64,000 nt of DNA. It comes from Candidatus Latescibacterota bacterium (GTDB taxonomy: Bacteria; Latescibacterota; UBA2968; GCA-2709665). Location of the stretch: positions 2,912,001 through 2,976,000 of the forward strand of contig CBDCOX010000002.1 of assembly GCA_965219995.1 (NCBI GenBank). The letters are read 5' to 3'. This document shows, piece by piece, positions 57,279-64,000 of this stretch (positions are counted from its first letter, which is position 1; each line of letters opens with the position of its first letter). The translations under genes and the position numbers were made by a program. The notes under the pieces are model-generated. The model saw nothing but the letters and a program-made list of their open reading frames with translations. It was not told the origin of the DNA and made no database searches.

Positions 57279-58010
57279 ATGTCAAAACTGAAGGGAAAGG
57301 CCGCGCTGGTAACCGGCGGAAATCAGGGCATCGGAAAGGGAATCGCGCGGGCGCTGGCCAAAGAGGGCGCGAACATCGTGCTGACCGCCAGAACGGTCGG
57401 TAAGCTTGAATCGGCGGCGGCAGAGATCCGGACGGAAGGCGTGGAGGCGCTGGTCGCCCCCGCGGACGTCACGGACGAGTCCCAGGTGGAGTCCGTATTC
57501 GCGCAGACGATGGAACGTTTCGGCAGGCTGGATGTTCTGGTGAACAACGCGGCCGCCTTTGACGGGGGAAGAATCGACGAACTTTCCGCGTCGTCCTGGG
57601 ACTGGGCGATGGCGGTGAATCTTCGCGGGCCCTTCCTGTGCACCCGGGCGGCGTTTCGCATCATGAAGGAACAGGGCGGTGGTCGAATTATTAATATAGG
57701 CAGTATTTCCGCGCAGAGGGTTCGCCCGAATTCGGCGCCGTACAGCACGAGCAAGTTCGGCATCACCGGCCTGACGCATGCCACGGCGCTGGACGGCCGG
57801 GACTACGGGATCGTATGCTCCTGCCTGCACCCCGGCAACACGCTGGTGGAACGACGCGAGGAATCCGACGCGCCCACGGACGACGAACCGATGATGACGG
57901 TGGATGAACTGGCGCAGGCCGCGGTGACCATGGCAACGCTGCCGCTCCATGTCAACATGCTGGAGGCGATCGTCCTGCCCGTCGGACAGCTGTACGTTGG
58001 CAGAGGTTGA
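57279..58010 (+). CDS. SDR family oxidoreductase
   Basis: TGGNQGIG, NNAA, GRIINIGS, YSTSK. Confidence 0.9.
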   Translation: MSKLKGKAALVTGGNQGIGKGIARALAKEGANIVLTARTVGKLESAAAEIRTEGVEALVAPADVTDESQVESVFAQTMERFGRLDVLVNNAAAFDGGRIDELSASSWDWAMAVNLRGPFLCTRAAFRIMKEQGGGRIINIGSISAQRVRPNSAPYSTSKFGITGLTHATALDGRDYGIVCSCLHPGNTLVERREESDAPTDDEPMMTVDELAQAAVTMATLPLHVNMLEAIVLPVGQLYVGRG

Positions 58011-58113
58011 ATGGGCAACTTATCTCCGGGACAGAACAATGGGAGTTTCTTTCGGCTTCCGGTTCTCTTCCTGTAAATCCCGTTCATCCATTTCATCCTG
58101 ATATGGATTTAGC

Positions 58114-58142
58114 TTGACACTCTCGATATGATTGTTTAATGT
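58114..58142 (+). promoter_or_regulatory. trp operon promoter
   Basis: TTGACA-N17-TAATGT. Confidence 0.55.
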
Positions 58143-58222
58143 TAGACCGTTCCCGTTGGAAGGGCGGGTTTCCGCAACCCGGTACGCGACCCGCGGGACG
58201 CTGGATCATTGGAGGATTGAAC

Positions 58223-58330
58223 GTGACGGTTCGTGGTCGGAACAGGATTGCCTGGCGTGGATATTTTTACCGTTCCTACCGGTGGTATTACCGGGAGGCC
58301 GCGGAACGTCATGTCTGCCCACGCGAGTAA
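58223..58330 (+). CDS. trpL: Aromatic-rich attenuator leader peptide (MTVRGRNRIAWRGYFYRSYRWYYREAAERHVCPRE)
   Basis: GGAGG at 58211-58215, GTG start; 2 Trp, 5 Tyr and 1 Phe within codons 11-23; followed by attenuator structures. Confidence 0.8.
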   Translation: MTVRGRNRIAWRGYFYRSYRWYYREAAERHVCPRE

Positions 58331-58355
58331 ATCGTCAGCAAGTCTGAAAACCTGG

Positions 58356-58384
58356 CCGTGGGCATCTGCTCACGGTTTTTTTTT
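58356..58384 (+). terminator. Attenuator terminator
   Basis: CCGTGGGC-ATCT-GCTCACGG + T9; its 5' arm can instead pair with TGCCCACG (58316-58323). Confidence 0.88.
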
Positions 58385-58419
58385 GATCTGCTCGAATTCA
58401 GTCCTGCCCTTGAAGACAG

Positions 58420-59910
58420 GTGAGATTCGTGAGTACGCCCGACCTGGAAATGCTGACGACGCTGGCTGACGGCCGGGGACTGGTTCCTATTTCCCGCGAG
58501 ATCCTCGGGGATACCGAAACTCCGGTGTCCGCCTATCTCAAGCTGCAGCCCGGGAGCCCCTACAGCTTTCTCTTCGAAAGCGTGGAAGGCGGAGAAAAGA
58601 TCGGGCGCTATTCGTTCCTGGGCGTGGCGCCGTTTCTTGCGTTTCGGTCGTGGAAATCCCGGATCGAGGTGCAGGATCTGAAGCGGGGCGGGATTCGCAG
58701 ATTCGAGGGATCGCCCATTGCCGAACTCCGGCGTCTGCTGAAGAAATATCGTTCTGCGCAACTGGACGGTCTGCCCAGGTTCACCGGCGGGGCGGTGGGC
58801 TACGTGGGCTACGACGCGATCCGGCTGATCGAAGATATCCCCGACCGAACGGATGACGACCACGGTCTTCCCGACGTTGTGCTGCTGTTCTACGATACGC
58901 TTCTTTGCTTCGATAACGCACGGCAGAAGATACATCTGATTTCCAACGTGCACACGTCCGGCGATATCGAGAACAACCGGCGTGAGGCGGAGGCGAGGAT
59001 CGACTCGCTGGAAGGGGCCTTGCGCGGGACGATTCCGGCGAACGGTGTTTCCCGGGAACCGCCGCGACGCGGGGCGCGCGAGATACGGTCCAACACGGAG
59101 CGATCGGTCTTCCTGGAGAAGGTGCGGCGCTGCAGGGAGTATATCGAGGCGGGCGATATTTTTCAGGTCGTCCTTTCGCAGCGCTTCGAGACGGAGGTAA
59201 CCGCCGGATCGCTGGACATCTACCGCGCGCTTCGGACGGTAAATCCGTCGCCGTACATGTTCCATCTGGATTTGATGGATGCGCAACTCGTCGGGGCATC
59301 GCCCGAACTGCTGGTGCGTGTCGAAAACGGCGTGGTACAGGTGCGCCCGATCGCGGGTACTCGCTGGCGGGGCGCCACGGAAGAAGAGGATGCCGCCCTC
59401 GAGGCGGACTTGCTGGCCGACGAAAAGGAACGCGCGGAGCACATTATGCTCCTGGATCTTGGCCGCAACGACGTGGGGCGGGTATCCCGATACGATACGG
59501 TACGGGTAACGGAACAGATGGTGATCGAGCGATATTCTCACGTTATGCATATTGTCTCGAATGTTCAGGGGCATCTCAGAGACGGCGTGGATGCGCTGGA
59601 TGCGCTCTATGCGTGTTACCCGGCGGGCACGGTATCCGGCGCGCCCAAGATCCGCGCGATGGAGATTATCGACGAGCTGGAGCCGACTCGCAGGGGGCCG
59701 TACTCGGGGGCGGTAGGCTATATTGACTTTTCCGGCAATATGGATACGTGCATTGCCATACGAACGATGGTGCTGCAAGGACGGAAAGCGTACGTCCAGG
59801 CGGGCGGGGGCATTGTGTTCGATTCCGTACCGGAATACGAGCACCAGGAAACGGTAAACAAGGCGAAGGCGCTGTTCAAGGCGGTCGAGTTGGCGGAAGG
59901 CGCGTTGTAG
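58420..59910 (+). CDS. trpE: Anthranilate synthase component I
   Basis: [47 protein letters not shown]. Confidence 0.96.
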   Translation: MRFVSTPDLEMLTTLADGRGLVPISREILGDTETPVSAYLKLQPGSPYSFLFESVEGGEKIGRYSFLGVAPFLAFRSWKSRIEVQDLKRGGIRRFEGSPIAELRRLLKKYRSAQLDGLPRFTGGAVGYVGYDAIRLIEDIPDRTDDDHGLPDVVLLFYDTLLCFDNARQKIHLISNVHTSGDIENNRREAEARIDSLEGALRGTIPANGVSREPPRRGAREIRSNTERSVFLEKVRRCREYIEAGDIFQVVLSQRFETEVTAGSLDIYRALRTVNPSPYMFHLDLMDAQLVGASPELLVRVENGVVQVRPIAGTRWRGATEEEDAALEADLLADEKERAEHIMLLDLGRNDVGRVSRYDTVRVTEQMVIERYSHVMHIVSNVQGHLRDGVDALDALYACYPAGTVSGAPKIRAMEIIDELEPTRRGPYSGAVGYIDFSGNMDTCIAIRTMVLQGRKAYVQAGGGIVFDSVPEYEHQETVNKAKALFKAVELAEGAL

Positions 59911-59959
59911 CGGCAACCGTGGATGACGCGATTCCTCAGCAGTCACATTTCGGCGACCT

Positions 59960-60523
59960 ATGATCCTCGTAATCGACAATTACGACTCGTTCACGTACAA
60001 TCTGGTTCAGTACCTGGGTGAGTTGGGCGCGCGGATGGAAGTATTCCGGAACGACCGGATTGCAATGGACCGGATTGACGCGTCCCAACCCGAGAAGGTG
60101 GTGATTTCACCGGGTCCATGTACGCCGAACGAAGCCGGAATCTCCGTGGGCCTGATCCGGCGTTTTACCGGGCGGATTCCGATGCTGGGGGTCTGTCTCG
60201 GACATCAGTGCATCGGGCAGGCCTTCGGAGGCAGGGTCGTTCGGGCTCCCGCGATTCTTCACGGCAAGGTGTCCGAGATCCATCACGACGGTCGCTCGAT
60301 TTTCAAGGGGTTGTCGCAGCCCTTCATTGCGACGCGATACCATTCGCTGATTGTCGAGCGGGAGAGCCTGCCGGACTGCCTCGAGATATCCGCACAGACA
60401 CACGACGGTATCATCATGGGACTGCGGCACAGGGAGTACCCGGTCGAGGGCGTGCAGTTTCATCCGGAGTCGATTCTAACGGCCGAAGGCAAAGTGTTGT
60501 TGAAAAATTTCCTGGATGGCTGA
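59960..60523 (+). CDS. trpG: Anthranilate synthase component II (glutamine amidotransferase)
   Basis: [32 protein letters not shown]. Confidence 0.95.
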   Translation: MILVIDNYDSFTYNLVQYLGELGARMEVFRNDRIAMDRIDASQPEKVVISPGPCTPNEAGISVGLIRRFTGRIPMLGVCLGHQCIGQAFGGRVVRAPAILHGKVSEIHHDGRSIFKGLSQPFIATRYHSLIVERESLPDCLEISAQTHDGIIMGLRHREYPVEGVQFHPESILTAEGKVLLKNFLDG

Positions 60524-60583
60524 GTTGGCAGTCCGGGAATCGGAAGCCGGTTCCGGTCCCCGTTTGCGAGTTGGGAGACGGCG

Positions 60584-61597
60584 ATGGCAATACAGGATGC
60601 GATTGCGGAATTGATTGAGGGACAGGACCTGACCCGTGACCGGACGATCGGGTCGATGAGCCAGATCATGTCGGGTGAGGCGACCGACGCGCAGATCGGT
60701 GCGTTCCTGGCGGCCCTCCGGGTGAAGGGCGAGACCGCCGACGAAATTGCGGGCGCCGCGGAGGTAATGAGGGAAAAGGCGACGCGCGTCGTCACGCGGC
60801 ACGCCACGGTGGTGGATACGTGCGGTACCGGAGGCGACGGGGCGGGGACGTTCAACATATCGACAGCGGCGGCTTTCGTGGTGGCCGGCGCCGGGCTGTG
60901 TGTTGCCAAACACGGAAACCGCGCGGCGAGCAGCCTGTGCGGAAGTGCCGACGTCCTGAAGGAACTGGGAGTAAACATCGAAGCGTCGCCGGAGACGATG
61001 GGGCGGTGTCTGGATGAAGTTGGCATCGGGTTTCTGTTTGCTCCTGCTCTGCACGGCGCCATGAAGTACGCGATTGGTCCCAGACGCGAAGTCGGCATCC
61101 GTACGATTTTCAACGCTCTGGGGCCGCTGACCAATCCCGCGGGCGCAACCCGGCACCTGATCGGCGTCTACAGTCGATCGCTGACCGGCAGGCTTGCCGA
61201 GGTGTTGCGCACATTGAAATCGGAACGCGCGTTTGTTGTGCACGGGTTGGACGGGCTGGATGAAATCACCACGACCGGTCCGACGCGGGTGAGCGAGCTG
61301 AACGATGGAGCCGTAACAACGTACGAGATCCGGCCTGAGGATCTTGGCATCCGAAGGTCGACGCCCGGTGATCTGGCGGGGGGCAACGCCGAAACCAATG
61401 CGTCGATCCTGCGCAGGGTGCTCAATGGTGAGCACGGTCCGCGGCGGGACATCGTCGTTTTGAACGCGGCAGCCGCCATCGTAGCCGGTGGTGCGGCAGA
61501 CGATTTGAAGGCGGGTATCGAACTGGCCGCGGAGACCGTGGATTCGGGGCGGGCAATGGACAAGCTGGAAGAACTGAAACGGGCTTCTGCGGGATGA
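60584..61597 (+). CDS. trpD: Anthranilate phosphoribosyltransferase
   Basis: DTCGTGGD, FNIST, KHGNR, GSAD, GLDE. Confidence 0.96.
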   Translation: MAIQDAIAELIEGQDLTRDRTIGSMSQIMSGEATDAQIGAFLAALRVKGETADEIAGAAEVMREKATRVVTRHATVVDTCGTGGDGAGTFNISTAAAFVVAGAGLCVAKHGNRAASSLCGSADVLKELGVNIEASPETMGRCLDEVGIGFLFAPALHGAMKYAIGPRREVGIRTIFNALGPLTNPAGATRHLIGVYSRSLTGRLAEVLRTLKSERAFVVHGLDGLDEITTTGPTRVSELNDGAVTTYEIRPEDLGIRRSTPGDLAGGNAETNASILRRVLNGEHGPRRDIVVLNAAAAIVAGGAADDLKAGIELAAETVDSGRAMDKLEELKRASAG

Positions 61598-61690
61598 AGC
61601 CGGCACCGAACGTTTACGATATCCTCGCCTTCGAGTTACGCCATGGACGGGACTGGCACCTGTTGGCGCGCGGAAACGAAGAAGGGGAAG

Positions 61691-62482
61691 ATGGCTACGA
61701 TTCTGGATGAGATCATCGCATATAAACGCCGCGTCGTGTCCGAGGCGAAGAAGCGGGTATCCCCTGAGGCGTTGCGGAAGCAGGCAAACCTGGTTCGTCG
61801 GCCGGACTCTCTGATGGACAGCCTGACTGCCGGGGAGGATATCGCGCTGATCGCGGAGATTAAAAAGGCATCTCCGTCCAAAGGGGTAATCAGGGAGAGT
61901 TTCGATCCTGTTGAAATCGGCCGATCTTACGAGAGAAACGGCGCGGCGGCCATTTCCGTGCTGACGGATGTAAAGTACTTCCGGGGCTCCGATGCCAGCC
62001 TGAGGGCGGTGAGCGAGGCCGTGGAATTGCCGGTGCTCCGGAAGGATTTCGTGGTTGATCCGTATCAGATCCACGAGGCCAGGACAATCGGCGCGTCCGC
62101 GGTTTTGCTCATTGTTTCAGCGCTTTCCCCGCGCGAATTGTCAGAGATGCTCACCGTTTGCAGGGAGTCGCAACTGGACGCGCTGGTGGAAGTGCACACT
62201 CCGGATGAAGCGAGGATGGCGCTGGATGCGGGCGCGGATCTCATGGGGGTGAATAACCGCGACCTGAAGACGTTTGCTACGGATTTGCAGACCACATTCG
62301 ATCTGCTTGAACACCTGCCGGACGATCTTGTCGTTGTGAGCGAGAGCGGCATCAGGACCAGAGACCAGGTCGTCCGGTTGAGGGATGCCGGCGTGGACGC
62401 GGTTCTGGTCGGAGAACATCTGATGCGCCAACCCGACGTGGGTCGGGAGCTTCGAGCGTTGCTGGGCATGGAAGGCGGCTGA
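61691..62482 (+). CDS. trpC: Indole-3-glycerol phosphate synthase
   Basis: IAEIKKASPSKG, SVLTD, LRKDF, GVNNRDL, SESGI. Confidence 0.96.
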   Translation: MATILDEIIAYKRRVVSEAKKRVSPEALRKQANLVRRPDSLMDSLTAGEDIALIAEIKKASPSKGVIRESFDPVEIGRSYERNGAAAISVLTDVKYFRGSDASLRAVSEAVELPVLRKDFVVDPYQIHEARTIGASAVLLIVSALSPRELSEMLTVCRESQLDALVEVHTPDEARMALDAGADLMGVNNRDLKTFATDLQTTFDLLEHLPDDLVVVSESGIRTRDQVVRLRDAGVDAVLVGEHLMRQPDVGRELRALLGMEGG

Positions 62483-62490
62483 TTCAACCT

Positions 62491-63153
62491 ATGGTTCGGG
62501 TGAAGATCTGCGGAATCACGAATCGGGAGGACGCGCTCTTTGCGGTCGCGCAGGGTGTGGACGCCCTGGGGTTCATCTTCTACGAGCGCAGCCCGCGTTA
62601 CGTGCATCCGGAACGCGTCGGCAGGATCGTGTCGGCGTTGCCGCCTTTCGTGACGCCTGTCGGGGTTTTCGTGAACACGGCCAGGGAGGAGATCCTGGCA
62701 ATAGCACGGATGACAGGGCTGCGGGCGGTCCAACTGCACGGCGACGAGACACCCGCCGAATGTCTGGGATATCCGATTCCGGTCATCCGGGCATTGCGGG
62801 TTGGCGACGGTTTCGACCCCGCTTCTCTGAGCGACTTTCCGGTCGACACGTTTCTGCTGGATACGGCCAAAAAGGGATGGTACGGCGGTACCGGAGAGAC
62901 GTTTGACTGGCGGGTCGCACGGGCGGCCGCGGCACACGGGCGGATCATTCTCTCGGGAGGAATCGATCCGTCGAACGTGGCGGACGCGGCGCGGACGGTG
63001 AATCCGTACGCGGTGGACTGCGGCAGCGGCGTCGAGGCCGCGCCGGGACGGAAGGACCACGACAGAATCGCGGAATTCTTCGAAGCGCTTCGCTCGGCAA
63101 CCCGCGACAACCGGCATTCCCGAACCCATCGTTCGAATTCATCCGGAGCCTGA
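62491..63153 (+). CDS. trpF: Phosphoribosylanthranilate isomerase
   Basis: VKICGIT, SPRYV, QLHGDE, GGTGETFDW, SGVE. Confidence 0.95.
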   Translation: MVRVKICGITNREDALFAVAQGVDALGFIFYERSPRYVHPERVGRIVSALPPFVTPVGVFVNTAREEILAIARMTGLRAVQLHGDETPAECLGYPIPVIRALRVGDGFDPASLSDFPVDTFLLDTAKKGWYGGTGETFDWRVARAAAAHGRIILSGGIDPSNVADAARTVNPYAVDCGSGVEAAPGRKDHDRIAEFFEALRSATRDNRHSRTHRSNSSGA

Positions 63154-63157
63154 ACCC

Positions 63158-64000
63158 GTGGACATCATGAAAGATCTGGAGTTTCGGGGATACGTCTTTC
63201 AGGTAACGGACCCCGGCGGCCTTAAATCGCGACTCGACCTGGGGCCGATGACGCTGTATTCGGGGTTCGACCCCACGGCAGACAGCCTGCACGTCGGCAA
63301 CCTGATCCCAATACTGGGACTGCGGCGGTTTCAATTGGCCGGGCATCATGCAATCGGGCTTATCGGGGGCGGCACGGGTTTGATTGGCGACCCGAGCGGC
63401 AGCCAGGAAGAACGCCCGTTGAACCCGCCCGAGCTGATCGCGGAATATACAGGGAAGCTCACGGAGCAACTGGCCAGATTCCTGGATTTCGAAACGGGGA
63501 CCAATCCCGCCCGCGTGGTCAGCAATCTGGGCTGGCTTTCCGAACTGAAGGCGATCGACTTCCTGAGAGACACGGGCAAGCACTTCTCCGTGGGTTATAT
63601 GCTGGCGAAAGAGTCCGTGGCTTCGCGGCTGGAGTCCGGAATTTCCTTCACGGAGTTCAGCTATATGGTCATTCAGGCCTATGACTTCATGGAGCTGTTT
63701 CGGACGCACGGGTGTGAACTCCAGATCGGCGGAAGCGATCAATGGGGAAATATAACAGCGGGAATCGAGTTGATCCGACGGCGGCTGGGCGGACAGGCCC
63801 ACGGCCTGACGTTTCCGCTGCTGCAGAAAGCCGACGGCACCAAGTTCGGTAAGACCGCCTCGGGGACGGTCTGGCTGGACGCGGAAAAGACGTCACCGTA
63901 CCAGCTGTACCAGCACATGATAAATACCGACGACCGGGACGTGGTGACGTTTCTCAAGCTGTTTACCTTTCTATCCGAGGATGAGATCGGGAACCTGGAG
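63158..64000 (+). CDS. tyrS: Tyrosyl-tRNA synthetase (runs off the window end)
   Basis: Hand-translated from GTG 63158: YSGFDPTADSLHVGN, IGDPSG, EFSY..QAYDF, QIGGSDQWGNI, KFGKT. Confidence 0.95.
   Translation, partial: MDIMKDLEFRGYVFQVTDPGGLKSRLDLGPMTLYSGFDPTADSLHVGNLIPILGLRRFQLAGHHAIGLIGGGTGLIGDPSGSQEERPLNPPELIAEYTGKLTEQLARFLDFETGTNPARVVSNLGWLSELKAIDFLRDTGKHFSVGYMLAKESVASRLESGISFTEFSYMVIQAYDFMELFRTHGCELQIGGSDQWGNITAGIELIRRRLGGQAHGLTFPLLQKADGTKFGKTASGTVWLDAEKTSPYQLYQHMINTDDRDVVTFLKLFTFLSEDEIGNLE

Noticed and set aside
58270-58300. T-box riboswitch upstream of trpE (GGTGGTATTACCG resembles GGTGGNACC)
   Set aside because: Extra bases break the UGGNACC bulge, no Stem I motifs are evident, and a translated leader with proper attenuator geometry explains the region better.
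1-64000. CRISPR arrays, tRNA, rRNA, tmRNA, RNase P or SRP RNA, prophage or integrase genes
   Set aside because: No regularly spaced repeats or diagnostic motifs were seen by eye; a covariance-model scan could still find divergent RNAs.

Overview
GC-rich bacterial chromosomal window. A FlgD-Ig/T9SS-like C-terminal sorting domain, a short RpoD lacking region 1.1, TonB-dependent transport and lgt point to a diderm FCB-group organism such as Latescibacterota or Gemmatimonadota; this is inference only. The right two-thirds is mostly core genome: sigma70, an ECF sigma/anti-sigma/HtrA-like unit, acs, queC, groES-groEL with CIRCE, secA-nusB-rib operon, rlmH and trpEGDCF-tyrS. The left ~29 kb is a patchwork of insertions with a strong metal (probably zinc) theme. 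The most notable signals are: (1) a 92-aa membrane leader peptide with HDHD-x3-CxxC and a C-terminal RAPP ribosome-arrest motif, ahead of a triple-repeat His/acidic lipoprotein and a ZnuD-like TonB-dependent receptor; (2) a 35-aa Trp/Tyr/Phe-rich attenuator peptide with clear antiterminator/terminator switching ahead of an operon joining trp genes to tyrS; (3) a ~7.7-kb Fur/COG0523/WD40/Zrg-like island inside the yidD-lgt junction, marked by two diverged 130-140 bp duplications of host DNA and no integrase; (4) a three-copy TA-flanked MITE family plus an intact IS630, two of which sit in stop codons; (5) a catalytically dead HtrA-like protein. All family calls come from motif recognition by eye. 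No database search was run, and identities were counted by hand.
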